A stretch of 64,000 bases of DNA from Scytonema sp. PMC 1070.18 (GTDB lineage Bacteria; Cyanobacteriota; Cyanobacteriia; Cyanobacteriales; Nostocaceae), in assembly GCA_035967975.1 (NCBI GenBank), contig JAWQFQ010000022.1, forward strand, positions 1,699 to 65,698. The letters are read 5' to 3'. Both the position numbers and the translations under genes were made by a program. Under the pieces are notes generated by a model. It worked only from the letters and a program-made list of their open reading frames with translations, had not been told where the DNA came from and did no database searches. Positions 42,285 through 53,760 of this stretch are shown one piece after another. Position 1 is the first letter of the stretch, and every line of letters starts with the position of its first letter.

Positions 42285-44063
42285 CTATTTTTGTAGCACA
42301 AGAGTTTTACTGACTTTAGTTTGTTTAGTCCATTGACCTACTGTATCTAAGCTGTTAGTTAAAAACCCTCTTCGACAAGCATGGCGTTGAATCTTACCAC
42401 TAGAGGTCTTGGGAATGCTGGTGGTTTTGAGCAACAAAACAGCGTAAACCTGTAATTCGTGATTTTGGGAAACGGCTTGACAAATGCTTTTTACTATCTC
42501 ATCAACATTGAGTTTGCGGATATATTGTCGCTCAACCTCTTGAGCGATCGCCAATCTTTCTTGACCATCAACTTCAATTGCAAATGCTGCGCCACATCCC
42601 GCTCTCAATGCTGGGTGACTTTGTTCCACAGTCAATTCAATATCTTGGGGATAATGATTGCGACCACCAATGATAATCAAATCCTTCAAGCGACCTGTGA
42701 CAAAGAGTTCGCCATTTTGAAGAAATCCCAAATCTCCAGTCCGGAGAAATGGACCTTCTCCCGTATCTGCTAAATAAGCCTGAAAAGTCTCTTGCGTTGT
42801 TGTTGTTCTATCCCAATAGCCTTTAGCAATATTAGCACCAGAAACCCAAATTTCACCGACCTCATCAGGTTGACAACTCCTCAAAGTTTCGGGATTAGCA
42901 ATGACAATCTTTTGGTCTAGTATAGTTTGACCGCTACTCACCAGTGTTTGGACTCCATCTTCGCCAAAAGCAGGTACCACTCGGTTTTCTTCAAGCGCAT
43001 CTGCTTGAACTGTTGTCAGAATCGGTACATCAGAAGTCAGTCCACCGGAAACAATCAAAGTCGTTTCAGCCATACCGTAGCATGGATAGAAAGCATTAGG
43101 GCGAAAACCACAGGATGCAAAAGCCTCTGCAAACCGCTTCATAGTATCAGCACGCACAGGTTCAGCACCGTTAAAAGCAACATTCCAACTACTTAAATCG
43201 AGGCTTTCTTTCTGTTCAGCAGTGATTTTGCGAGCACACAAATCATACGCAAAATTTGGTCCACCACTAGTCGTTGCTTTGTAGCGAGAAATAGCTTCCA
43301 ACCAGCGCAAAGGACGTTGTAAAAAAGCAACTGGAGACATGAGAATACAAGGAATACCCAAATATAGGGGCTGCAACATATTTCCTATCAAACCCATATC
43401 ATGAAACAAGGGTAGCCAACCTACGAAAATAGTTTTTTCCGTGTGTTGCATAGCCTGTTTAATTTGTTTCTGATTATACATCATATTTTCATGACTTACC
43501 ATTACACCCTTAGGTGTACCAGTAGATCCCGAAGTGTATTGCAGAAATGCCAATGTATCAGGAGTGACAATTGGGTCATGCCATCCTTGTGATAAATTAA
43601 CGTCAACTTCATCTGTAGTTATCCAGTGCAAAGCTTCTAAATCAGGAGACTGAGCAATTTGTTGTGCAGCATTGGACAATACAGTTGAGGTGGTGAGCAC
43701 AACTTTTGCTTGTGCATCTGATACAATCGCTTGCAAGCGTAACAAAGAGTGATTTTGTCGGGGAGGATAAGCCGGGACTCCAATCACTCCTGCGTAAAGA
43801 CAGCCAAAGAATCCAGACACAAATTCTAAACCTTGAGGGTAAAGCAATAACGCTCGTTCCCCACGCACTCCCATACTTTGAAGCAAACTACCAATTGCTC
43901 GAGCCTGTTCATCTAACTGTTTATAGGTCAGTTTAACCTCTTCAGTTTCTCCATCTACCAAAAAGGTATAAGCTACTTTGTTAGGTTGGTGTGTAGCTCG
44001 ATAGCGCAGAAGGTCTACTAAAGTCGCGAGTCCTAACTGATTGAAAGAATTGTTACCAATCAT
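42285..44063 (-). CDS. Fatty acyl-AMP ligase (FAAL)
   Basis: FLQYTSGSTGTPKG, WLPLFHDMGLIG, FYPCYGMAETTL, RTGDLGF, IPKTSSGKIQR; ATG 44063 preferred. Confidence 0.93.
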   Translation of the reverse strand: MIGNNSFNQLGLATLVDLLRYRATHQPNKVAYTFLVDGETEEVKLTYKQLDEQARAIGSLLQSMGVRGERALLLYPQGLEFVSGFFGCLYAGVIGVPAYPPRQNHSLLRLQAIVSDAQAKVVLTTSTVLSNAAQQIAQSPDLEALHWITTDEVDVNLSQGWHDPIVTPDTLAFLQYTSGSTGTPKGVMVSHENMMYNQKQIKQAMQHTEKTIFVGWLPLFHDMGLIGNMLQPLYLGIPCILMSPVAFLQRPLRWLEAISRYKATTSGGPNFAYDLCARKITAEQKESLDLSSWNVAFNGAEPVRADTMKRFAEAFASCGFRPNAFYPCYGMAETTLIVSGGLTSDVPILTTVQADALEENRVVPAFGEDGVQTLVSSGQTILDQKIVIANPETLRSCQPDEVGEIWVSGANIAKGYWDRTTTTQETFQAYLADTGEGPFLRTGDLGFLQNGELFVTGRLKDLIIIGGRNHYPQDIELTVEQSHPALRAGCGAAFAIEVDGQERLAIAQEVERQYIRKLNVDEIVKSICQAVSQNHELQVYAVLLLKTTSIPKTSSGKIQRHACRRGFLTNSLDTVGQWTKQTKVSKTLVLQK

Positions 44064-44122
44064 TGTTTTTCCCTCTTCAAGATAAAAGCTAGTTAGTTTG
44101 AGTCTGGTGAAAAGATTCATGT

Positions 44123-44638
44123 TTAGCCATTGACAAGCGTCAATAAAGGCTTTCTAGGTTGCTGTAGTGCTAGTGTTTGGATATCTTTTTGCGTGTCAGG
44201 CGCAAATAAATTGATTGTTCGAGCCGTCAACAAAAATCCCCCAGTTTTTTTCTCAACGACTGGAAGTGCTGAAAAATTCACTTCCCAAATATTGAGAGGT
44301 CTTTGATTGGATGGGGTTTGAGCAGTTAATGTCGTGTTTGAAGACTGTTGAATAGCATGGTATGCTTCGTTAGTTTCAATAGCAATTGTTTTAAACTTTA
44401 GTATTTCAATCTCAAGCTGATCTGCTAAAAGGTTAATACTATCCGCCAGAAGTCCTAACTGTTGCAGCCCAGTTACAATCTTGCTTTTAAGAGTTTGCTG
44501 CACTTCTTGCTTGCGCCATTGACTCAGCTTTTCTACATATTTAGCTAACGCAGCTACATCTTCTTGCAACTGCTCTAAGCTATCCTGTTGATTAGTAACT
44601 TGCGGTTTTAGCTGTGGTAATTCCGATTCACAAAACAT
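44123..44638 (-). CDS. Hypothetical helical/coiled-coil protein, first gene of the FAAL operon
   Basis: 171-aa ORF with GAGG RBS, co-oriented and close to the FAAL; no recognised motif. Confidence 0.55.
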   Translation of the reverse strand: MFCESELPQLKPQVTNQQDSLEQLQEDVAALAKYVEKLSQWRKQEVQQTLKSKIVTGLQQLGLLADSINLLADQLEIEILKFKTIAIETNEAYHAIQQSSNTTLTAQTPSNQRPLNIWEVNFSALPVVEKKTGGFLLTARTINLFAPDTQKDIQTLALQQPRKPLLTLVNG

Positions 44639-45165
44639 CTGATGCCTCGTTAATTTTACTGATAATGCTGCTATATTTGCAGCTTGGAATCGAGTATTCC
44701 GAGCTTTGAATGCCCTTCTATAGGTTCATAGAGGGAGGCGATCGATTTTATGCAGAGTTTTTGTGCAGAATTGGAATTTAAATAAAAATCTCCGGTCAGA
44801 AACTACTCCCTTCGGTGCTATAAGATTACCGATCTGTTTTTCCTCTTCCTTCTCCTGTCGGAGACGCTGCGCGAACGTGTCCTTTGCGTCTTTGCGGTTC
44901 ATTTCAATAGGTAATCTACCCTTCGGGAACGCCTAACGGCGAACGGGCGGAAAGGGAGTAAGAGTGCGATCGCCACCAAATGTAGGGGCGTTCACGCAGT
45001 GTTCCCGAACGCGAGCGCGTCTTCGACAGGAGAAGGGTACGGTTGTTCGCTCTCTAACGTGTATTGCACCCAACCGAGAACCGCTATAATTCTCACTTAA
45101 CCGACAAGTATTGCTCTAAATATTATAAAAAGGATGATTTTCCAATTGCTCCAGAGAGCTTTTCA

Positions 45166-45546
45166 TCAATGATTCCCCCCAATCGGTAGAGAACGAATCC
45201 GTATACGGGTCGCCTCAAGCACCACCACACTGCCCGCTTCTAACGTCTCTTGAAGGGATGGTAAATTAGCCAGTAGAAGTTCTAACTGTTGAACAGGACG
45301 GCGGGTCGTCCCTTTACGAAATAGGATGAACGAGGGGGAACGTTCTGCCCTCAAAGCCAGTAACGTACCAAAGTCAGTATCGACCGATACGATAGTCTGT
45401 CCTGCCGAAGCGGCTAAGGTAAACAGGTCTGTATCATCAGCAGCTTGCAACCCTAATTCACGAACATGAATCGCCTCATAGCCAGCCGAACGAAGACCCT
45501 CAGCTATTGCTGGTGATAAAGCATTATCAATCAAGAACCTCATCAA
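45166..45546 (-). CDS. DUF5615 PIN-like toxin (VapC45-like)
   Basis: [29 protein letters not shown]; overlaps the DUF433 gene (ATGA). Confidence 0.88.
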   Translation of the reverse strand: MMRFLIDNALSPAIAEGLRSAGYEAIHVRELGLQAADDTDLFTLAASAGQTIVSVDTDFGTLLALRAERSPSFILFRKGTTRRPVQQLELLLANLPSLQETLEAGSVVVLEATRIRIRSLPIGGNH

Positions 45547-45767
45547 GTTAATAGTGGGAGTTCCCGTTCTTGTAAGGTAGCCGCCGCATAGTGGAGAGCT
45601 TCAGCCAGATCAGCTGCTTCGAGATCGGGATAGGCTGCTAAAATTTCTGCTTCCCTCATCCCCTCAGCAAACATTCCAACCACAGTAGCAACGGGAATCC
45701 GTAAGCCTCGGAGACAAGGTACTCCCCCCATCTGGGCAGGATTGACGGTAATACGGGTAAATTTCAT
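45543..45767 (-). CDS. DUF433 antitoxin
   Basis: [22 protein letters not shown]...[10 protein letters not shown]. Confidence 0.9.
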   Translation of the reverse strand: MKFTRITVNPAQMGGVPCLRGLRIPVATVVGMFAEGMREAEILAAYPDLEAADLAEALHYAAATLQERELPLLT

Positions 45768-45836
45768 GAGTTAACAGTTAGACAAAAGATATCTTTTTCT
45801 ATCATAAGCCGTCAGAGTACTGCGTCCTTGCCCTTA

Positions 45837-46000
45837 GAGGTTGTTTGAAAAGTAGTTGGCTGTGATTTTAGGCACTTATCTATCCCCCCTAGCCCCCCTT
45901 AAAAAGGGGGGAAAATCTCTAACGTTCCCCCTTTTTAAGGGGGATTCAGGGGGATATTGAATGTGCATGCTACTGATGAAAGGACTTTTCAAACATCCTC
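45837..46000. mobile_element. MITE family A, copy 3, with TTA target duplication
   Basis: TTA|GAGGTTGTTTGAAAAG...CTTTTCAAACATCCTC|TTA. Confidence 0.87.
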
Positions 46001-46205
46001 TTAGACAGGGCGTAGGTGAATTATCCCATAACAATTCTTTTCCCATCTGCCCGTATACTGTGATAAAAAGGACTGTTAGCCAGTCATGAAACTAATAACA
46101 GATAACTGTTAAAGCTAACAATCCTGAAAACAAGATGATGGTAACCACCAACACCCAGTCCCCAGGATTGCGGTAAATTATTCAATTCTCTAACAGTTAG
46201 TTTCC

Positions 46206-46922
46206 TTACTCAGCAGTGGCGAGTTCAGTACTACCACGTGTGCGACGCCGTATGATAGCGTTGTAAACCATAAGACCAATCGCTTTGATCAGATTACCTT
46301 CCAATTCTTGGAACATATTCATGTTCATGCCAAAAGCAGCATTTGCTTCATCGACAATGCGATCGCCTGTCGCCTCATCAATTGGCAATTCATCCAACGC
46401 CTGACGGTATTTAGCTTTAAATGCCTTCTCGTCAGAAATTTCATCAAATTCATAAAAGCTAGTACCTTGTCCATCCGACAAGTTCATTGCTGTTTGAGCA
46501 ATACCTTTAAGAATTTGTCCGCCGGACAAGTCCCCTAGATAACGGGTGTAGGAGTGGGCGACCAATAGTTCCGGTTCTTTCTGTGCAACTTCCCGGATGC
46601 GCTGTACGTATGCTTCACCTGCAGAAGACAATTGAATTTGCTCCCGCCAGTTGCTTCCATAGTAATAGCTGAGGTCTTGTTCTAAGCTTTGCTTGCGATA
46701 GAGTTCGAGGAAATTAATTTTAGAAACGATTGGGTGGTCGTGAAGCTTCTGCAATTCCTCTTCCATCGCTGAGTAAACGAAGTAGAGATTAGCCACCAAC
46801 TTACGATAAGAGTTTTTCTCAACAACCCCTTTCAGAAAACACTTGACAAAACCTACATTTTCTGCCATTGTGTGGGCTTTTTTCGTCCCGACACGCAGTT
46901 TTGATGCTAAATTGCTGCTCAT
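46206..46922 (-). CDS. ho1: Heme oxygenase (biliverdin-producing)
   Basis: MSSNLASKLRVGTKKAHTMAENVGF, AHSYTRYLGDLSGGQIL, EANAAFGMN. Confidence 0.96.
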   Translation of the reverse strand: MSSNLASKLRVGTKKAHTMAENVGFVKCFLKGVVEKNSYRKLVANLYFVYSAMEEELQKLHDHPIVSKINFLELYRKQSLEQDLSYYYGSNWREQIQLSSAGEAYVQRIREVAQKEPELLVAHSYTRYLGDLSGGQILKGIAQTAMNLSDGQGTSFYEFDEISDEKAFKAKYRQALDELPIDEATGDRIVDEANAAFGMNMNMFQELEGNLIKAIGLMVYNAIIRRRTRGSTELATAE

Positions 46923-47314
46923 ACTAAATTTTCTCAACTTTAAAACGTCAACTGTCAGAGTTGTAATTTACGAACGGCTACAAAAGCCACTAAAACGTTA
47001 CAGTAGAACTATTTGATGAGAAATTACATTAAAATTCTTTAAGCTTCATGATTTGTACTTCTTTACACAGCTAATGAAAAGGGAATTTGAACCCATTGAC
47101 TCCTCATACTTCGCTGTTTGTTGCCAATTATCATGAAATTTCTTGAAAAATCACAACGAACTCTTGTTTTTCCTGACTCTGCGCTTGCAGGCTCTACACA
47201 ATACTTTTAATAGGGAACAGGGAACGGGCAACAGGCAACAGGGAAATCCCCATAGATAAATCAAAAAGCACCAAAGAAATAATTTTTAACTGAAAATGAA
47301 AGGGAGGATAAACG

Positions 47315-47470
47315 ATGCAGAGCCCTAACATTACGTTACCACGTTGGTGAGGATGGTCTTTTACATTTAGACCTACCTGTCGGATTAACTGATGCTGAAC
47401 TAGAAGTGAAAAGAACATTCAAGCAGGTTACACTAGTCCCAAAAATAGTGGAAGACTCAGAATGGAAAGA
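47315..47470 (+). pseudogene. Frameshifted small antitoxin-like gene
   Basis: GGAGG RBS + ATG; after a frameshift reads HVGEDGLLHLDLPVGLTDAELEV, typical of small cyanobacterial TA-associated proteins (from memory). Confidence 0.4.
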
Positions 47471-47887
47471 GGTTTCTACGCCCCTCGCAACCGATTTCTA
47501 CGCCCTCATTCATAGGGGATTGTGAATACCTTTAAGGGACTTCCAAATAAAAAAATCTTCAAAAATTTCTTGTGGTGCGGGCTTCTAGCCCACCACCTGT
47601 ACACAACGGGCGGGGACGCCCGTACCACAAGAGATATACGCAAGCCTCATGCTTGATATCTTGTTTCTAAAAATACCTCATTTAGCAGTAAAAACTCTTA
47701 ATTTATCAAAACTTCATCAAAAATCAGGAATACTTATACGTATTTTTGCTGAATAAGCAAGCAATTTGAAATAAGTTTATAGACAGTAAACTTAGTAAAC
47801 TGTCCTGAATGAAACGTATCCAACGGGAATTGTTGGATCGTGATTAAAGTGCTATTCTCCTGTGTAACGGTGTGGAGCTATTATAAT

Positions 47888-49357
47888 ATGGTATCATATC
47901 TAACTAAAAATCAAAACGGAAATTCTGGAGTTTCTGCTTCCAAAACTGAGGACTTTGTAAAAGTTAATGGGGGTAGTTTTGGTCATAACTTAATATCTTT
48001 ACCGACAAATCCCCTATTTGGTACAGATGGTATTCGCGGACGTGTGGGAGAACTACTCAGTGCTCCTCTAGCACTACAAGTGGGTTTTTGGACGGGCGTG
48101 GTTTTACAAAATCAATCCCCAAGCCCCGGACCTGTCATTCTCGGACAAGATTCCAGAAACTCAAGTGATATGCTGGCTCTGGCTTTAAGCGCAGGGTTAA
48201 CAGCAGCGGGACTGGAGGTATGGAATTTAGGGTTATGCCCTACTCCTTGTGTTGCATATCTTACTAGTATCAGCGATGCTATAGGTGGAGTGATGATTTC
48301 TGCAAGTCATAACCCACCGGAAGATAACGGGATTAAAATTTTTGGTGGAAATGGTTTGAAGTTACCCCAAGCTTTGCAGACCGAAATTGAAGCAGGAGTG
48401 CGCGGTAAATCGTCTGCTCCTTACAGCAATTGTCGGCGACAATACTCACGACTGGATTTAGTAGGAAGTTACGCTGAAGCTTTGAAAAAACCACTCCACG
48501 GCAACGTGAGTTTCCAGGGGATGAAAATTGTTTTAGATTTAGCATGGGGAGCTGCAGTTAATTTAGCGCCATCTGTATTTAGGGAATTGGGAGCAGAAGT
48601 TATTTGTTTGCACAACCATCCGGATGGCGATCGCATTAATGTCAACTGCGGTTCTACTCACCTAGATATTCTGCAAGCAGCGGTTAACGAACACCAAGCA
48701 GATGTGGGATTTGCTTTTGATGGTGACGCTGATAGGGTTTTAGCTGTAGACAATATCGGACGACCAGTCAATGGTGACTACATTCTCTATCTATGGGGAC
48801 GGCGCTTGCAGCAAAAGCAAGAACTACCACATAATCTCATTGTTTCTACAGTCATGGCAAACTTAGGTTTTGAGAGAGCGTGGAAACAAGCAGGTGGTGA
48901 ATTAATTCGCACATCCGTTGGTGACCAGTACGTTCAAGCAGAAATGCTGCGGACAGGGGGCGTGTTAGGGGGCGAACAATCCGGTCACATTCTCTGCCGT
49001 CATTATGGCATTACAGGAGATGGTTTGCTGACAGCCCTGCACGTAGCTGCTTTGGTAAAACAAACTGGTGTTCGTCTATCAGAAATGGTAGACCAAAGCT
49101 TTCAAACCTACCCCCAACTACTAAAGAATGTTCGTGTAGAAGATAGAGCTAAGCGTTTGGGATGGAAAGATTGTCAACCATTACAGCAGGCGATCGCTCA
49201 CGCGGAAGTAGCAATGGGAGATTCTGGTAGAATTTTAGTCCGCGCCTCTGGTACAGAGCCAGTTATTCGAGTCATGGTAGAAGCTGAAGATGCTGAATTA
49301 GCCAACTACTGGACAAAGGAGTTAGTGCTCCAAGTCCAACAACATTTGGTTGTGTAA
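47888..49357 (+). CDS. glmM: Phosphoglucosamine mutase
   Basis: [36 protein letters not shown]. Confidence 0.95.
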   Translation: MVSYLTKNQNGNSGVSASKTEDFVKVNGGSFGHNLISLPTNPLFGTDGIRGRVGELLSAPLALQVGFWTGVVLQNQSPSPGPVILGQDSRNSSDMLALALSAGLTAAGLEVWNLGLCPTPCVAYLTSISDAIGGVMISASHNPPEDNGIKIFGGNGLKLPQALQTEIEAGVRGKSSAPYSNCRRQYSRLDLVGSYAEALKKPLHGNVSFQGMKIVLDLAWGAAVNLAPSVFRELGAEVICLHNHPDGDRINVNCGSTHLDILQAAVNEHQADVGFAFDGDADRVLAVDNIGRPVNGDYILYLWGRRLQQKQELPHNLIVSTVMANLGFERAWKQAGGELIRTSVGDQYVQAEMLRTGGVLGGEQSGHILCRHYGITGDGLLTALHVAALVKQTGVRLSEMVDQSFQTYPQLLKNVRVEDRAKRLGWKDCQPLQQAIAHAEVAMGDSGRILVRASGTEPVIRVMVEAEDAELANYWTKELVLQVQQHLVV

Positions 49358-49459
49358 CAATTATCACTTTTACGTTCGTAGTTGCGCTTTAGCGCATGCA
49401 TCGCAACTACGAGCCAGTCATAACTGATAATTATTAACCAATCGCTAATAACATTTAAA

Positions 49460-50230
49460 ATGTCCTTTCACCAAGAAACTCACGAGACCAGTGCATTAAT
49501 TGTAGGAGCCAGCCAAGGTATTGGTTTAGGTTTCGTGCAACAATTGCTACAAGATAATAGATTTGTCAAAATTTATGCAACTTATCGTCAAGTAGAATCA
49601 GCTTCAGAATTGTTAAGTCTTGCTAACGATCGCCCTCATCAACTCACTTGTCTGTTAATGGATATCACCGATGAAACACAAATTGCTGATACCATTCAGA
49701 AGATACGTGTAACCACTAACAAGCTTCACTTAGTTATCAACTGTGTCGGGATACTGCATGAAGGTTCTTTACAACCAGAAAAAAGTTTAAGACATATAAA
49801 TTCAGAGCAATTAATACGTTACTTCCAAGTCAATAGTATTGGATCTGTTTTGCTTGCCAAACACCTATTACCTTTATTCCGCCATCAAGAGCGGAGCATT
49901 TTTGCAAGTATTTCTGCTAAGATAGGAAGTATCGGAGATAACAAATTAGGTGGTTGGTATGGTTACCGAGCCTCTAAAGCTGCACTGAATATGTTTATGC
50001 GAACGGTGGCGATTGAATACGGTAGAACCAGCCCCAAAACCATAGTCGTCAATCTACACCCCGGTACAACTGATACACGTCTTTCTCGTCCTTTCCAAAC
50101 TAACGTGTCTCCAGAAAAATTATTCTCAGTTGAGCGTACAGTCAACCAATTGCTAGCCGTCATCGAACAGCTTCAAGAAAGTGATAGTGGGCAGTTTTTT
50201 TCCTGGGACGGAAGCCGATTGCCTTGGTGA
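49460..50230 (+). CDS. CsgA/C-factor-like short-chain dehydrogenase
   Basis: GASQGIG, SAKIGSIGDN, YRASK, HPGTTDT. Confidence 0.9.
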   Translation: MSFHQETHETSALIVGASQGIGLGFVQQLLQDNRFVKIYATYRQVESASELLSLANDRPHQLTCLLMDITDETQIADTIQKIRVTTNKLHLVINCVGILHEGSLQPEKSLRHINSEQLIRYFQVNSIGSVLLAKHLLPLFRHQERSIFASISAKIGSIGDNKLGGWYGYRASKAALNMFMRTVAIEYGRTSPKTIVVNLHPGTTDTRLSRPFQTNVSPEKLFSVERTVNQLLAVIEQLQESDSGQFFSWDGSRLPW

Positions 50231-50386
50231 TTAAAGATAGATGTTAGTGGTTAGTGGTTAGTGGTTAGTAGGGATACAGATATTTTCACTAAATTTGTGT
50301 TTCTGATTCGGTAAAGATAGGAGGCCTTGACTAGAAAGCATTTATAGAGTATAATGGGCGCGAAAGTAGACAAATAAATTAAAAAC

Positions 50387-51196
50387 GTGAATGTCACTCC
50401 ATCCAGAGAAAAGCCGCATGTCACATGGCAGGCGGTTTTCTCATTACTAATGTTTATTTTCATGTACCTCCCGATACTGGTACTCGGCTTCTACAGCTTC
50501 AATCAATCGCCCTACAGTGCAACATGGCAAGGATTTACTCTGGAATGGTACAGGAAATTGTTTAGTGATGAGCGGATTTTATCAGCTTTACAAAACAGTT
50601 TGATAGTCGCCTTGTCTGCTGTGGCGATTTCCGCCGTGTTGGGAACTTTGATGGCTGTCGGGTTAAGTCGTTACCAATTTCTGGGGAAAACTTTATATCG
50701 TGGCGTGTCTTATCTACCTTTGATTATTCCCGATATTGCGATCGCAGTTGCTACCCTAGTCTTTTTAGCAGCTTTTGCCATTCCCCTCAGCATATGGACT
50801 ATTGTTGCTGCTCACGTGGTCTTTTGTCTTGCTTACATCGGTCTTGTTGTCTCTTCTCGACTCACCAACTTAGATCCCCATTTAGAGGAAGCAGCCCTGG
50901 ATTTAGGCGCAACACCAGTACAAGCCTTCATAAAAGTTCTGTTACCCCAGTTGATGCCTAGCATTATAGCTGGTTGTTTGCTAGCTTTTATCCTCAGCTT
51001 AGATGATTTTCTTATTGCCAGTTTTACTGCGGGTAGCGGTTCTAACACCTTACCCATGGAAATTTTTAGCCGGATTAGAACAGGAGTCAAACCAGATATC
51101 AATGCTTTGAGTGTTCTCTTGATTTTAGTATCCGTCATTGTGGCTTTGATAGCAGAATTAATTCGTGCTTCCGGCGAAAATAAGGTTTCTCAATAA
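50387..51196 (+). CDS. potC: Spermidine/putrescine ABC transporter permease (PotC-like)
   Basis: YSFN...WQGFTLEWY, LEEAALDLGA (EAA motif), SLDDF, TLPMEIFS. Confidence 0.88.
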   Translation: MNVTPSREKPHVTWQAVFSLLMFIFMYLPILVLGFYSFNQSPYSATWQGFTLEWYRKLFSDERILSALQNSLIVALSAVAISAVLGTLMAVGLSRYQFLGKTLYRGVSYLPLIIPDIAIAVATLVFLAAFAIPLSIWTIVAAHVVFCLAYIGLVVSSRLTNLDPHLEEAALDLGATPVQAFIKVLLPQLMPSIIAGCLLAFILSLDDFLIASFTAGSGSNTLPMEIFSRIRTGVKPDINALSVLLILVSVIVALIAELIRASGENKVSQ

Positions 51197-51575
51197 AAAC
51201 TCCTGCTACCATGCAAGGGCATAGAGCAGGAGCGATCGACCCACAGAGCGCCTAATAAATTAGAGAGTCACTCTTGAAACCAGAGTAGCGAACAAAAGTT
51301 CTTAGTTGGCTAGACAAAAGTCATCTATAATTCATGACTTTTGTCATGAGGGGTGTTAGTGGTTAGTGGTTAGTGGTTAGTGGCATTGATTGGGTAACAA
51401 CTTATTTATTAGATTAGTACTTGACAGTTTCACAGCTTAAGCATATTATTCTCTATATAACGGATATTCTTGTGCTTATATACATCTAACTTTTAAAAAC
51501 TTCTATATTGTGAGCAGTCAGCTCAACCGCTCGGAAAAGAGCCACCCTTGGACAAGATGCAACACATGGCTCATT

Positions 51576-53438
51576 ATGCAAATCTGCCAAAATCTCAGTT
51601 GCTCAAATCCCTTCAACCCTGATGGCAATAAATACTGCATGAGCTGCGGACAAAGCAACTTTGGTAACTTCCTCAGAAACCGCTACCGTGTATTGGGATT
51701 ACTAGGCGAGGGCGGGTTCAGCAGAACTTATGCAGCAGAAGACGTTGATCGCCTCAATGCGCCTTGCGTGATTAAGCAGTTCTTCCCGCAAGTTCAGGGG
51801 ACTTCAGAACGTTCTAAAGCCGCAGAATTGTTCAAGCAAGAAGCACAGCGGCTTTACGAACTAGGAGAAAATCACCTGCAAATTCCCAGATTGCTGGCTT
51901 ACTTTGAACAAGGTTCCAGTTTGTATCTGGTGCAAGAATTTATTCAAGGACAAACCCTCCGCGAAGAACTCCAGTATCAAATGTTTGGCGAAGAACAGAT
52001 TCGCGAACTTCTGTGTGACTTACTACCAGTTATCCAATTTATCCACGATCGCAATGTCATTCATCGAGACCTGAAACCAGAAAACATTATCCGTCGTCAA
52101 AGTGATAACCAGTTTGTCCTCATTGACTTTGGTGGTGCTAAACAAGTCACCCAAACCAGTTTATCGCGACAGGCGACAGTCCTCTATACTATAGGTTATG
52201 CACCCAGCGAACAAATGGCTGGCTTCGCTTGTCACGCTAGTGATTTGTATGCATTGGGAGTCACTTGTGTGCGGCTGCTAACACGGTCTTTGCCGATACA
52301 AGACGCCTACGGACAAATTCACGATAATCTTTTCGACCCGATCAACGGTCAATGGCTGTGGCGAGAATACCTACAGCAAAGAGATATAACTATCAGCGAT
52401 CGCTTAGGGTACATTTTAGATAAGTTACTAAAATACTTGCCAAGAGATAGGTATCAATCAGCGAAAGACGTTCTCCACGACTTACATAGCGACACATCTC
52501 TTCTCGAACCAATCTTAGTACAATCCGAACCTGAATCACCGCCTCAAGAACAGGAATTCCCAACAATGACAAATCCCGAACCAGAAACATTCGTAGAAAT
52601 CCCCTCATTACAACTTTTTGATTTTGATGTCGTCACAGTAGATCCAGAGGGGAAAGAAGTTGACCGTGAAAAACGGAATGGAAAATTCTATGTAGAAAAC
52701 TTAGGTAACGACATCACATTAGAAATGGTAGCCATTCCTAGCGGTACCTTTATGATGGGTTCGCCAAGCAATGAAGGGGATGCTGACGAACGCCCACAAC
52801 ATCCAGTCATCCTCAAACCTTTCTTCATGGGAAAATACCCTATCACCCAAGCACAATGGCGAGCAGCAGCGGCTTTACCGAGAGTCAAACAATCGTTAAA
52901 CCCCAATCCATCCAAATTTAAAGGACCAAATCGACCTGTTGAAAATGTATCTTGGCATGAAGCGGTGGAGTTTTGTGCAAGATTGTATGAAAAAACCGGA
53001 CGAGAGTATCGTTTACCCAGTGAAGCTGAGTGGGAATATGCTTGTCGCGCTACAACCACAACACCTTTTCACTTTGGAAAAACTGTGACTCCTAGTTTAG
53101 TGAATTGTGGCGGAAGCGAAGCATACGCAGCTGAGCCGAGAACCAAGTTCCGTAAAGAAACTACAACTGTCGGTAGTTTTCAAGTCGCCAACGCCTTTGG
53201 ATTATACGATATGCACGGACTTGTTTGGGAGTGGTGCGCCGACCCTTGGCATAAAAATTATGAGGGCGCACCTTCTGATGGGACAGTTTGGGAAGAAGGT
53301 GGGGATAAACATCGTCGCGTCTTGCGCGGTGGTTCTTGGAGTTTTAACTCTGTCTTATGTCGTAGCGCCAGTCGCAGTTGGAATGAACCGGATGGTGGGT
53401 TGCGGATATGTGGTTTTCGCGTTGTGGCGACTTGGTAA
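51576..53438 (+). CDS. Ser/Thr protein kinase with N-terminal 4-Cys region fused to an FGE/SUMF1 domain
   Basis: CQNLSC...CMSCG; GEGGFS, HRDLKPEN, DFG; RLPSEAEWEYACRA, NAFGLYDMHG, RGGSW, GFRVV. Confidence 0.93.
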   Translation: MQICQNLSCSNPFNPDGNKYCMSCGQSNFGNFLRNRYRVLGLLGEGGFSRTYAAEDVDRLNAPCVIKQFFPQVQGTSERSKAAELFKQEAQRLYELGENHLQIPRLLAYFEQGSSLYLVQEFIQGQTLREELQYQMFGEEQIRELLCDLLPVIQFIHDRNVIHRDLKPENIIRRQSDNQFVLIDFGGAKQVTQTSLSRQATVLYTIGYAPSEQMAGFACHASDLYALGVTCVRLLTRSLPIQDAYGQIHDNLFDPINGQWLWREYLQQRDITISDRLGYILDKLLKYLPRDRYQSAKDVLHDLHSDTSLLEPILVQSEPESPPQEQEFPTMTNPEPETFVEIPSLQLFDFDVVTVDPEGKEVDREKRNGKFYVENLGNDITLEMVAIPSGTFMMGSPSNEGDADERPQHPVILKPFFMGKYPITQAQWRAAAALPRVKQSLNPNPSKFKGPNRPVENVSWHEAVEFCARLYEKTGREYRLPSEAEWEYACRATTTTPFHFGKTVTPSLVNCGGSEAYAAEPRTKFRKETTTVGSFQVANAFGLYDMHGLVWEWCADPWHKNYEGAPSDGTVWEEGGDKHRRVLRGGSWSFNSVLCRSASRSWNEPDGGLRICGFRVVATW

Positions 53439-53760
53439 TGAACCGCAGATAAACGCAGATGAACGCAGATGAGTAGAATTTGGGATGGGGGGAGATACGT
53501 CGAGCATCACACCCTATTTTTTTCTTTTTTTGTTTAGGTTAAGCCCTAAATTAAAATTTGGGCTAAAAGCTCAAACCCGTTAAAACGGGTTAAAAGCCAT
53601 ATTCAGTCAGATTCATCTGACTTTAGCGATCAAGGTGTGAAATTTATTTTTTGGCTCAAAACCTATGCAGTATTGCTATTAGATGTATGGGGGCAAGCAA
53701 CAGCGCCCCTACTTGTTATAATACGTTATGTATGCTCTGTAGTAATTGGGCGTAATCTCC

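Noticed and set aside
46206-46922. Heme oxygenase as part of the biosynthetic island
   Set aside because: Canonical, highly conserved Ho1 for phycobilin synthesis next to glmM; it marks the return to core genome.
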